64,000 nucleotides of DNA from Gnetum montanum. Its lineage: Eukaryota > Plantae > Gnetophyta. The notes under the pieces were generated by a model, which saw only the letters and a program-made list of their open reading frames with translations, was not told the origin of the DNA and did not search any database. The position numbers and the translations under genes were made by a program. The stretch is from positions 572,195 through 636,194 of the forward strand of contig MNCI01000986.1 in NCBI GenBank assembly GCA_015680685.1. The letters are read 5' to 3'. Positions 39,134 to 52,494 of the stretch are shown here, one piece after another. How positions within the stretch are numbered: position 1 is the stretch's first letter; the number at the start of each line of letters is the position of its first letter.

Positions 39134-39701
39134 TGGCCCTCCTAGTACCAAAAATATTCATGGAAAAATGTTCTTTCGTAGATATACAAGATTACCTCCA
39201 TGAATCACACATCTCAGTGTATGATCCATGACCATAAATGATCTTTTGAGTAATATATCCATCAATAGATTGATGATTATGAAATGAAGGGATACAGTTC
39301 TTTAATTGAATACTAACTTAGCCTATTGACTATGATTTAAAATATATAGGGAAAATTGATAAATAGAATCAAACTAAATGATAAATTTAATAAAGTTTAG
39401 ACAATATTCAATAAAATATAAACAATATAATGAAATTTTTACTTACATCAACTAAGAACCATTTGATCTATTAAACCAATTTTAGAATCCCTTTTATGGA
39501 ATTTTAAAAAATTTATAGCTCAATGTTACCTAGTAGAATCAAACCTATGACCTAGGATTCTCGGCCAAGATCCTTAAAATTTATAAATACTTGGAAGAAC
39601 TAAAAATCATGAAACAAATAAAAGATGAGACTAATATATGGGATAGGTTCTTCCCATTGAAGAAAGAATACTTTATTTAAAGAAAAAATAAAGTTTGCCT
39701 C
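39134..39701 (-). repeat. Decayed tRNA-Asn-type PBS and U5 end of the 5' LTR of the old Tat element
   Basis: Minus-strand TGGTACTAGGAGGG next to the LTR end at 39155; homologous to 11718-12120; interrupted at 39702. Confidence 0.65.
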
Positions 39702-40566
39702 TAATGAGCAATTGGGTATTCCAACAATCAACCATACAAGTCATGAGTATTCATGTGTGACCAGATCATAATCCATGGATGGACAATGTAAGTTAATGTT
39801 TAGTTCACAATCATTATTTTCTCACTTAGAGTTAGCGCTATGCAATTTGTATGGTTTAACTCTTAGTGAGGTATCTGATATGTTGATGTTATTCAAATTG
39901 AATTACTCTAAGTACCAACATGGTAAAAGTGATTGTAAATTCTATGTCTCGATATAAAGGAAATATAAATCTATTATAGCTTATGGTGATAAGTATCTGT
40001 TCTTGGTTTTTTGTGCACATCCTAGGCTGATGCAACTATTACTAGGATTACCAACTAATTTCACTATTGAGTGAATTAAGAAAAGTCACTACTGGGTTAC
40101 CAAACAGTTACACTTTATGTTCAAAACTAGTCATACTTATTTTGTCTTGATAAAAGACATTTGAAAAGTAAAATATTTAGAAAATTTAAATGACTTAATG
40201 AAACTAAACATGATGAAAAGTAAAATTATGCTAAGTGAATTGCTATACGATGAAAAACAAGCTCTATCTTTATTTTCATTTATAAATTGTGTCTAAGAAC
40301 AATCTATTCAAATAAATATTTTGCACAACTATTGTTCACCACACTGTGGATATTCACTCTAACTCTAACTCTAAGTCTAAGAAACAAAGTGTAAGAATTT
40401 TGCTATGTGTTGGCTAAATTTGTTTTAACATGACAGCTAGTTGGTATTTATAGGCATAATCATGGTCCACTACATTGCATCTATGATGATGTATGTAGAG
40501 CTATAATATTGTGACTATGATATCATAGATATGATATTATAAGTTGCATATACACATGTTTTATCA
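39702..40566 (-). repeat. 3' LTR of a large old Athila-like element
   Basis: CpG-decayed homologue of the 50050-50799 LTR at both ends; PPT-like GTTGTGGGGATA immediately upstream on the minus strand. Confidence 0.7.
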
Positions 40567-40779
40567 TATCCCCACAACTAACTAAAAACTCATCCTTAGC
40601 TTAAAACAAAAGGAAGATAGAGTTTCTTTACAAAATTTATGGGGTTATATACATACTTCAATATTATGACTTATATACATGACTGACTCTACTATAAATA
40701 TCACATTGTGGACTGAGTCGTGTTTATATAATTATCACGCATTGCATGATTGACACATATGAAAAAACAAAAAATCTTG

Positions 40780-43700
40780 ATATAGTCTTTCAGGTTCCAA
40801 GTGATGGTGCCTCCTCCATTATCATCTTTGTTTTATCATTGGGCTTCTAAAATTGGTATTTGTTTAGACGTGATCAAATTTTTTCTCATTTAGATCTTCG
40901 TTTAAGTATTGTCCAGGAAAATTTAGCAATATTTGCTGGAGTTGGTACTTCCCATGGACATGGCAATTGCAAGAACATCTTACTATCTTCCACATACCAA
41001 GCTACAAACTATATTTTCATATCTTCAAAAGCTGTAACTATTTTTCTTAATTCTTAATAATAAATTATCCTCCTAGCCAAGTTTGTACTACATCTTTTTG
41101 GTCTTATCAACTAGCTTTAACCACTTGGAGTTTGGATTTTGCAATGTAAAGCTTTTATCATGCATCCTTTCTATCTACAAACTCTTCCTTGTACAATGCA
41201 TATATTGCAAACACTTGCTTATCTAGTTCTATTTTGGGACTACCTGCTATTAACATGGCTAGATTGGCATATCAAATATTTGCTAATCCTATGCATTTTA
41301 TCAAATCCTCTATCTATAGGTCTTTTTTTTATTTTGGCATAGTGTATGTGAGCAAGGCGGTCCAAGATAGGCTATTAATCAAGCATTTCTATTGTGACAC
41401 AATTAATCTTAGCTTTAATCATCTAGATCTTCTTCTCATTGATCTTATTATACATGCCCACTTGATCTTTTAAATGCTCCTTCAGTCGTTCATGCTTTTT
41501 GGTCTCATTTTTTCATGTGTTAATTTCTATGGTTGACTTTCAATGTACTTTGCAGACTTCTTCCATGAATAAGATTTCTTTTCCCTAGTCAATTTTCTTA
41601 TGTCAAGGTTGACTCTAGTAAACTACTTTATGAGCTGATGAATACTTTCTTCCAATGCATTTTTTTTACTTTTCTATATTTTTCAACCTCATATTTTTAG
41701 TAGTAATTTTCTTATTTTCTTCTTCTAAAGTAATTAGCACTTTAGCATAGGCATAGGTTTGGGCATTTGCCACTGAGATATTCCATATCACCTTCTCTTT
41801 TTCCATCTCCATCTTGGCATATTTTTCCATCAATTGGTTTATCTATTCATTTCTAAATTGTTCTAGCTAGTCAGGCACAATATACCATGTAGGGCCTTAC
41901 CTTTATGCTCTTAATGCAAGTAATTCTACTTGTAGCCTTTACACTTCATTTTTAACATGCTTCATTCTAGTTTCAACCATGACCAGCTTGTCCTTGATTG
42001 AGATTAAATTTGACTATACTACAGTGATATCACTAGGGATATTAAAGAGATGTCTTCATGATCTTTTGGGATCATGGACATTCTTGCTATGGTTTCTACA
42101 TATTTTATTCTAGTAATATCAGCTGATGATATAATAGGAACATTAAAGGATTCCTTAATATGATCTGTAATAACTTTTGTTACTCTTGTTGCACCCTAAT
42201 ATTGCATAATTACTGATGAGACGCGATATGCACAAGCTGCGATATCGCATCCCCTGCGATATCGCGTACACGATATCGCGTCGTTCCCTGCAATATCGCG
42301 TACGCGATATCGCGGTCCACCACCAAATCTATAAATAAGAGACGGCACTCCCCTCATTTGACATCATAGGCTAGAAGTAGTGAAGCTCTGGCGGATTGAT
42401 CACCCCAAAGATAGAATATTTTCCATGTGCCCGCAGTAGGAGTCCCCCAAGTGAATGGTTCTTTATCCGAGCAACTTTGTACCTAAACGCAAGTTGTGTA
42501 CAGCAATAAAGACGAGCTTTGTGGATAAACCTTGCAGTACATGGATAGGTTTATTTAATCTTATTTATCGCTTTCCTAGTAACGCGGTATGAGTACGACT
42601 TGGTTACGAGTGTTGACGAACGTGTACGACTAGCCAAGGAATCGACTACTCATCGCAATTAGATTCTCTCACCCTTACCTCCTAGAACGTGGGACAAGTA
42701 TGACTTGATTACGAGCATCTACGGATGTGTACGGCTAGTCAAGGAATCAGCTGCTTTTCACACTTAGGCTAGTTAGGTGCCTCAATACGACCGCTTCGAG
42801 CACGTGTGTTACGTGTGGTAATCCCAGTAACGATTAGCGTTTGGTAGTCACAGTTGCATAGTTCAGGGTGTGTACGGCAAGTGGGAACGGATGCTAATGT
42901 TAGGACTTAGTGGTGTAGTTAGAGGTAGTTTTAGTCTCTCAACCCTTCACCCCTTAGCATAGGAGATAAACCAGAAAATACCAAAAAAATCATATACCTC
43001 AGACTTACTTAACCATACACCGTGACAACAACAAGTAAGTCTGGGAAGACAATGATTAATTAACCCCAAGTGTTCCTTGCGACGTTAGGCATTTAGTCTG
43101 CGGAGTTCGACCGGATCACGCGTGCTACGCTCGTTTCGTATGGTTGAGTGTAGGGGTACCTCGCCACACAACAATTACTATTGTGGCTCCTTCTCCTATC
43201 TCTAATATCACTTGAAAGGATGAAATGTTTTTGGATATTTATTGTATCTAGTCTTTGTCCTCTCCTGCTTACAATGAGATATGACCACTTGTGGGTCCTA
43301 TTGATACAACAAGCTTACTTAAATTATCTCTTACCTTATACATATTTGAGACTTCTCTTCTTTCCCAATTTATTATTTTAGTAATTTATTATAAATGGCT
43401 CATTGAGGATTTGTAATTTGGTTGTGCCAAAGGAGTACTTGGTCTTGGTCTATTAGTTGTTGGTGTTGATCCACTATTTCGTACTTGTTCTTATCCTAAG
43501 GCTAGAATATTTTCTACCAATGTAGATCTAGCTACTTCTTTAGTGCCTGCTAGCTTCTCGAGTTGATTTTTATTTAGAGGCACTAGTTTTGAAATTTTAG
43601 CATATGAGGCATTCTAGGCTTTATGAAGTACATAATTAATGTAACCTAGAATTTCTCTTTATTAGCATAGCTTTTTAACAAGGTAATAGATTGGTAGAGT

Positions 43701-44500
43701 GAGTTTCCTTGCCTTCTTTCCTTCAAATCTTCTTTGGATTTCCAAGAATAACAAATGAATCATGTTAGCTTGGGAATTTTATCATCAAAATGGCACTTCC
43801 TCTAGTAGTGTAGGTGGAAATTCTATTTAATCCTTTTGCTGGGAAGAGATGGTAGGTTCCAATCTTGAAGTAGATCTTCGTAGTTATGGAAAATTCACTA
43901 CATTCTTTCTCGCTTATCCCATAGGACCTTTGTAGCCATATATTTCTTACCTTTGTGTTAGAACTTGTAAAGATTTTGGTAATGTTAGCTCTGACATTTG
44001 GAAGGTTTAGTGATTTGGCTATTTCTTCAATAGAAAATAGCATTGTGAGCCCCTCTATATTTACTGTAGCATCATTCTACTTTTTCTTCCAAAATTGGAA
44101 CACTTCTTCTAGATACCATTCATCATTACATGAGATTGTGATCCTTAAAGGAGAAGCTTGGAGTTGTTCATGAACATCATCATGGTAAACTCCATGAATA
44201 AACAAAAGTTCAATTCCACTATGATAGTGGACATGATAGACTTGTCTTGGATGGCTTGGAGATATTCATTTGATAACTTGAGGCACTAACCTTGCTCTTG
44301 AGTAGGTGGTGCATTAGATTTTGCCTACATGGATTATCCTATTACAAGTGTTGGTTATTGAATGTTATAGTACTTGAACCTCTTGTTCTACAGGTGAAGT
44401 CTATTCTCCATCTTGTCCTCTTCCTTTAGGTTTCTTTTTCCTTTATTGTGATGGTCCTTTTGTTGTGGGTCTCTTAGGAGACATCTATAATCATAAAGAA
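40780..44500 (-). pseudogene. Athila-type additional (env-like position) ORF, degenerate and interrupted by a solo LTR
   Basis: WYLEEVFQFW...VNIEGLTMLFSIEEIAKSLNLP resembles the putative plant transposon protein motif; downstream coiled-coil LITLEEENKKI...KNALEESIHQL. Confidence 0.5.
42214..43173 (+). repeat. Young Athila-family solo LTR (960 bp)
   Basis: TG...CA termini with an exact ATTAC TSD; GCGATATCGC palindrome array; TATAAATA at ~42330; CpG-rich. Confidence 0.9.
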
Positions 44501-47500
44501 TTCTTTTAAGATCACCTTAAGAATTTCATAAAATTCTTCAACTATTCGTAGCCCTTTCTTGACATCTTGTGTTTGATCAAAATAAATCCTTATTATTACT
44601 TTTTAACTCTTATTGAGATTGAAGGGCTAGAAAAAAATTGTAAAAAAACCTTAATTGGAGAATTTCCAAATGTTTACAAAAGCTTTTATACTTTATAACC
44701 TAACACAATTGTTAATTGTATGTTTGTATGGTTGATTGAGAAGAACTGTTAAGTTTATTAGCCCTTGTTAGTTTAAAATTTAATTATTTCTTATTGTTCT
44801 TACCCTTTCTTTGTTCTTCTAGAGAGAAGAAAAATATGATGCAATTTGCATAACTATGTGTAGTACTCTCCGCCACAACTAAGTTGGTCACTTAGTGAGC
44901 CAGAGAAAATGAAAATGGCTCAAATTGGAGTTATAGTGATGAAGATATGGCTCTTAGAAGTTTGGAGGTAAAAAAAAACACCATGAACTCCCTATGCATT
45001 GAATGAGAAAATGAAGAAAATTTCTGACTCAGTGTGCATATATCTATTTTTTATGAATGCGATATTGTAGATACAACATTATAGATGTGACATCATAGGG
45101 GTTCATACATCATATTTGCAATGTCATTGTGAAAATTTTCAATATTTTATGTGATTTTTTATGGGAAAATGGGTAAAATGGATGGTTTGCAAGGTACAGA
45201 GTCTGTTCTTGATCATAGGTGATGCTCACAATATAATAATTTGTCATCTAAAAATGCATGAAAGATAGAGTTTAGGCAAGGTAAGTTGATTAAGCTTTGT
45301 AGGAGATGGTTGGTCAAAATTCTTGAATATATGATACAATATGAGTATTGTAGGAAAATAACAATAATCATGTAAGTGTTTTGGAGGTACAAGTTGACGT
45401 GAAATTATGAGAATCGAGAAATTATAAGGGGAATTGAATAAGTTCCCCAATTTAAACAACCAATACAACCAAAATTGCACACAAATTTATGTGGTTTTCT
45501 AACTCGGATTTGTTCACACTCAGAAGATAGAATCCTTGCACACCTCTAAACTTTGTTCCTCCAAAAAGTGGTTTAAAGGGCATCATAACCTTTATAATGT
45601 TTGAGCTCTACTCAAAGTGTTTTCTCACTAGAAAAACACTTAACCTTGTAAGGTCTCAACAAACTCAAAATGTGGTTTCAAGGATCCCATAACCTTTACA
45701 AAGATGTGAGCTTTTCATGGAGTGTTTTCTCACTGGAAACACACTTAGCCTCGCAAGGCTTTGACAAGCTCATAAGATTCCTTCTTGCAAGAAGCACATT
45801 AGCCCTACAAGGCTACAAAGAGAAAAATAATTAAAGAGAGAATGTAACTAACTTTACAAATTCCTTGCAATGAAGTTCTCAATACAAATACAAAATACAA
45901 AGGATGGAGAATTAAAGGAACACAACAAATTCACTTGATGTAGATAATGAATATTCCAATGAATAGTGCTTGTATTTTTCCCAAGAATTCCACTTTATTT
46001 TATAGCCTTTTCTTTTTCAAATCCTCATCAAAATTCATGCAATAGCTAGTTAATAGCTAGTTGTGACATCCTATTCATGTTTGGGATGTCTCACTAAAAA
46101 CTAGCCACATGTAGGTGGAAAGTCAAACTAGAAATTGGAACATCTCACTTGGGACATTCCAGGATGCCCAACAACAATTGGGACATTTGCTATTTTCTTG
46201 GGACATCTAGCCTGAAACTGAGTCTTCACCTCTAGGACATCTACTAACCTTTTGGGATATCTAGGAAAATATCGAAACATCTTCATTTGGCTTGTAGACT
46301 TCATGCATCATTGTAATCTTTCATCTTGGTTGAGACTTCTTGTCATCTCAACACAGGTCTTATTTTGGTACCATGTAATTCTTATTTTAATTATCATGCT
46401 CTTGTTTCATTCTCATGAAGTGCTTGTCTTTACATCAATAAGTTATTGTCCTGATCTTGTCATCTTATTCTTTCTTAGTCCTACAAGACCACAAGCACAT
46501 TTTCCACATTTTCCATTTTCTAAAGTTTTAATGTACCAAAAGGTCAACAATCTTCCCATTTTTGGTGATGTCCAAGACTTAAGAACATGGGTTTAAAAAT
46601 TCCATCATACCATTTGATTAAGCAATTTAAAGGCACAAATAGTTGTAAATATATATATCTAGCTAAGGATGACAAAGAGATGAATAGCTATTAATAAGTT
46701 CACATCCTTTAACATTAGTCTCAAAGGGTAAAAAAATCTCATTAAGATCTATCCATATCTATAAAGCATATCACATAATTCATTAAACTCAAGGAAACAT
46801 AATTTAAGCCTTTTAACTTGGAATGCATAACATTTCTATTTAGGATCAAAGGTTGAGCATTGAAGATCAAGTATCCTATCTTTGAACCATAAGCCATAAG
46901 TAACAAAATCACTATTTACTATATAGGCTAAGATTTATGATTATGAGGACTATATCCATAATAAAAAGCAAGTCTTAACAAATAGTTTTCACCAAATATC
47001 CAATACACATATCTTATGATCTTATGAATAACATCTTATCCTCCTTTTTACACATCATCAAAAAGATAATACATTTAGATTTCATTACTAAGGAGAGAGA
47101 GACAAAACAACTATTTCATTAAAGACCTCATATTGTCATAAAAATAGTCAAAATGGCACAAACTTAGCATGCTGAAAAAATGTTAAAATATCAAGCATAA
47201 TAAATCATATTCTTAATACAATGCTCATAATAAAATTTGATACAACCATGTCAATTTCAAATTCTAGAACCAATAAAGGTAATCTTTAGGTAAAAGATCC
47301 AAGAATTATTTGACCAAAATTAACTTCTACTTTTACCTTAAATACTTTACTAGATTTTAATATGAATAAATTTTTCTTTATTTATTTTCTACCGTGGGTG
47401 GTAGAATTGGAAGTCTTGCAACTTGAGTGTATTTTTGTAAAAGTCATTGAAGACTCCCCCTACACTGATGGTCCAAAAGATAATGATTGTTGATGGGGTA

Positions 47501-48399
47501 TAGGCTCCTCCTATATAAGTGCAAATTTTCTTTCAACTTTTGCAATGCATCTACTGCTAAATTTCCTTCCTTTGGTTACCTTGCCTTTATAGAGATGCAT
47601 TCTAGAATCTCATCAATGTCAATAAATTTGTAATTCCATATTAAGATAAAGTGTGGAGACTTTTGAACTTAAAGTCTCTTATTAGTAGTACCTTCAAGAT
47701 ATGATAACTACCAAAATTTTCAATAATAGATGATAAATACTAAATGATACCAACATAGCATAATAATTTTTTTTTTCAATAAAAAGCTTCTTGTTGATCC
47801 TTCTTAAAAGATTCATGAATTACACCACTTGAAACCATTACATACTAGTTAAGGACCCAAAAAATGATTTACTAATATTCATCAATATCCATTAAAACAT
47901 TGATGATCATATGCTCTTATGTACAGCTAAAAAACTTGCAAGATCAAGTGATATTTTCTTTAGATAACAAAAAATCTCCAGCAACATCCATGTAATTAAT
48001 TTTCTAACTACTAAAAATTATAAACTAATATATACTAAGTCTAGAAAGTGAAGGAATAAAGATTTACTATTACTTACCTTGCTTTCTTTCAAGCATGAAC
48101 ATGATTAATGAAGTTTGAGATGAGGTCCTCCATCATAGAGTACCTTCCTAGCATGTAAATTTTTCTTACCTTTTCTATCATCAACATCTTTGTTTGAACT
48201 TTTAAATTCATTTGAGGTTGTTCCTTTATTAAGGTCATTTTCACCAAAATGAGAGGACTAATAATTTTTGCTAGTTATGGGGTTTTATCCTATTATTTCA
48301 TTAGAAACTATTCCTTCCTCTTGTTCATTGGTTCTCCAAGATTTTTTACCCCATAAGATACACTTACTAGTCTCCCCTTGATAAGACCAAGTAGCCATG

Positions 48400-49900
48400 T
48401 TATTTTACTCTAAAGATGGTTGATAATAACCTTGTTCATGTCCATATACTTTACAGCAAAAATATAGGGTATCTCTAATTTGGATAGGATTATCAAACAT
48501 AGTCTTGTTTCTCCTTGTATATGATACCGAACTTGTACAAGCTTTCTCTTGAGAAGCCTCCTCTAGATCTTTGTCATTATGTTGATTTTGAGGCACTTCC
48601 TAATTATTTCCAATTTTTACATTTAGTATGTTTCTACACTTTTTCTCATATAAATGGATTAGCAAATGAACTTCAACCTTTACATCTGAGAGTTCCATTT
48701 TTAGAGTGGAGCATATAGTATAAAGTTCACAAATTTCATTATCTTTTCTACACATGTTTTTTTTCTTGATTTTTTTAGTAAATAATGTAGAGTAATAATT
48801 TCCTCACATAATTCACTATACCTTTTGTCAATTTTACCTTTAGATTCTTTAAGGACTTTCGTATAATTCTCATGTGTAAGAGTCATGCATATAAGATGTG
48901 AATCTGTTGTACTATCATCTACTTCCTCACTTTCTTCATCATCACAATTGGTGTAGAAATTTTGCATTTTTGTATTAACTTCATATTAGTCCTTCTTTGG
49001 AAACCTACCAACATTGGACATTCAAAGGCCACATGGCATCTACCACCACAAATCCAAAATTCTATAGAGAATGCATCAAGATTTAAACTTTTAAAATTCT
49101 TATCTCTTACCTTACCTTTGGTGCCAAATTGGTTGAATCTCTTACCTATTCTTGCATGTAATCTTTGAACTCTCCTTGATAAGAGAGCCAATTCATCCTC
49201 ATTATTCACTTCATGTTCAAGTGACTTCTTCTTCTTTAATGAACCTTTAAGGGCAATAGGCTTTTCTTTGATCGCACCTTCACTAATGAGGTTCATCTCA
49301 TAAGAAATGAGTGCACTTTAAAACTCTTTGAATTTAAGAACTAAGAAATCTTTGATTTTCTCCATAGCTGTAACTTTTGGTTTAAACTCAAGCTACAAAG
49401 TTCTAATCATTTTAATAATCACATCACTTTCAAGTAAATATTTTCTTGTCCTACAAATGACTACAACTAAATCATTGGATCTAGAGAAATAATCCTTTAT
49501 TTTCTTTCCTTTCAATTTGAGTTTATCATACTCATTTTGTAACACAAGAAGTTTTGATTATTTGACAACAAATGTATCTTCATATGTTGCTTCTAGTGCT
49601 TCCCAAATTTCTTTAGTAGTTTTGCACCAAGCTCCTCTATTAAATTCATATTTACTCAAAGCACAATAAAGATAATTATTTGCTTCCTAATCAAACATGA
49701 ACTTATCTTTTTTCATCTTGTGTCCATATGCTTCTTGGCTTCATATCTCTTGTCATGCTATCAATGGATGGCATGTAACCTTCAAGAATGAATTCCCAGA
49801 GTTCAAACTACATGGATTTGAAGAATCCTTACATTCTAACCTTCTAGTACATGAAGTTGATAATATCAAACATAGGAGGCTTGGTGTAAGATGTCTGTTT
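48400..49900 (-). pseudogene. Copia/SIRE-type gag (copy A), degenerate
   Basis: RRLECKDSSNPC...IWEALEATYED...VIIKMIRTL...ISYEMNLISEGAIKEKPIALK, then CCHC and a coiled-coil. Confidence 0.8.
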
Positions 49901-50049
49901 TATCATTCACTCTTGTGGTGTTAAGCTCTAAAAAGAGAGTACCAGGCTTCGATACCACATGAGAATCAAGAACTTAGAAGGAGGGTTGAATAAGTTCCCA
50001 ATTTGAGTAATCAAGACAACCGAAACCACACATAAATTTACATGGTTTC

Positions 50050-50799
50050 TGATGAGTGGCAAGGTACCCTACACTCAACCATACGAATATGAGCGTTTCA
50101 CGCGTGATCCGGTCAAACTCCGCAGACGGACTAGTTGTGGCACCTAGATAGTTATCCTTAGGTTGCAGTTCGCTATCTTCCCACCTAGACTAGTATTTAT
50201 ATTTGTCACATATGGTTTAGTCCAGAGTGAGGTGTATAATGTGTTCCTAATTCTAACGCTACTCTTGAAGGTAATGGAAAGTAATATTAGCTAAGCTAAG
50301 CTAGGAGGAAAAGGGTAAGAAAATCTAATCTAGCCTAAGTACGATGAGCAACCAATTCCTTGACTAACCGTACACATCTGATGCATGACTACCACTGGGA
50401 TTACCAAGCATAGATCCTAGGTATGCCACTAGGTTACCAAGTAGTCACACGAAGATGCTCGTAATCAAGTTGTACTCATTCCGCATTATAATAATTAAAT
50501 AAACAAAGTGACTACTACAATGATGAAGTAATCTCGATCTTTATTGCAGGTCATGTGCATGTCCAAGTACGTCACACTCGAATAAAGGATGTCGTACAAT
50601 TACATTCACCACACTACAGGTAGACACGGAAAAATAAACTATCTCTGGAGTGGCCAAACTGCCAGAGCTTCGTTACTTCTAACTCCTAATTAATAACTAA
50701 TGCCGAACAAGGGAGAGATGCTTCTTATTTATAGACATTACGGTAGACTGCGATATCGCGTACGCGATATCGCGGCTTATGCAATCTCACATCCCATCA
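50050..50799 (-). repeat. Athila-family solo LTR (750 bp) inserted in the 5' LTR of SIRE-like copy A
   Basis: TGATG...CATCA termini; exact GTTTC TSD; homologous to 42214-43173. Confidence 0.9.
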
Positions 50800-52494
50800 G
50801 TTTCCCAACTTGGGAACATTCACACTCATAGGGTAGAATCCTTGCACACCTTCAAACTTTGTTTCTTAAAAATATATTTTAAAGGACGTCACAACCTTTA
50901 TAATGTTTGAGCTCCACTCGAAGTATTTTTTTTATAGGAAAAACACTCAATCCCACAAGGTCCCAACCAGCTCAAAATGTGGTCTCAAGGATCCCATAAT
51001 CTTTACAAAGACATGAACTCCACAAGGAATGTTTTCTTAATAGAAAGACACTTAACCTCGTAAGGTCCTAACAAGCTCATAAGATGCCTTCTCGCAAGAA
51101 GCACATCAACCTAGCAAAGCTACAAAGAGAAAAAGAATCAACGAGAGAATGTAACTAACTTTACAAATTTCTTGCAATGAAGCTCTCAATACAAATACAA
51201 AATACAAAGGATAGAGAATTGAAGAGACACAACAAATTCACTTAATGTAGATAATGAATATTCTAATGAATAGTGTTTGTACAATGTTTATCTTTTTCTC
51301 AAGAATTCCACTTTATTTTATAGCCTTTTACTTTTAAAATCCTCCTAAGAATTCATACAATGGCTAGGAAATGACTAGTTGGGATGCCCTATTCAAGCTT
51401 GGGATATCTCACTAAAAACTAGCCACATGTAGGTGGGTCATACCACTAAACATTAGAGCATCTCACTTGGAATGTCCTAGTTAGGACATCCTAATAGAAA
51501 TTGGGACATCTGCTATTTTTTCGAGATGTCTATCCTAAAACTTAATCTTCATCTTTAGGGACATCCAAGCTAATATTGAAACACCTTCATTTGTCTTATA
51601 GACTTCATGCATTCTTGTAATCTTCCATCTTATTCAAGACTTCTTGTCATCTCAATACAACGCTTGTTTTGACACCATGAAGCTCTTGGTTCAATCATCA
51701 TGCTCTTGTCTCAGTCTCATGAAGTCCTTGTCTATACACCGATAAGCTCTTATCTTAGTTTTATCATCTTGTTCTTTCTTAGTTCTACAAGACCATAAGC
51801 ACATTTTCCTAATTTTCCATTTTCTAAGGTTTTGACATACTAAAAGATCAACAAATTATTCATCAAGTATGAAGCACAAGAGTTATACAAGTAGGTTTTC
51901 CCCAAAGCAAGCTTCAATCCTTGGTGCACTTACATAGCCACACCTACAAGTGTTCATATGCATTCAAAGATTTGAATGTAAAACATACCTATCTTCTAAA
52001 AACACACATGTTAGTATTATCTCAATGAGAAAATAACACTATATCATGGAAAACCATCAAATTATTATTGTATATATAACAGTGAGATGGAGTAGTAGTA
52101 GTAGGAATTGTAAAAAATGTAATGTTAGGTGTCTTACCATAGGCATAATGAATTCTATATGTGATGCATGGTTAGAATGATCATTAGCCCTTCCATGCAT
52201 AATCTAAAGCAATTCCATACCATTTACTAGTGACACCATATTATATCATCTCAAAACTAATAACCACAAGGTTATCACAATCGTAAGGAATCTTAACACT
52301 TAACAATGAAGTCCAAGGAAGCAATTTATTAATAACACATTCTAATTTTCAAAGAGAATTAGCCATTGGATAGAGGAGTATCTTTAGACATGGGTAATGC
52401 CTTTCTAGCCCCATAACCAATGCAAGTCCAAGCAACCTTGAAATTTTTGAGAAGCTGCCTACCTTTAGGTATGGATAACATGTATTTCCAGTGA

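Larger units (their letters stand above)
45408..51853 (-). mobile_element. SIRE-like Copia-derived gag-only LTR element (copy A)
   Basis: AATTA TSD; LTRs 45408-46549 and 49960-51853; PBS TGGTATCGAAGC (49946-57); PPT AAATGGGAAGAT; Copia gag with LALLSRR and the knuckle WICGGRCHVAFECP; no pol motifs in the 3.4-kb internal region. Confidence 0.88.
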
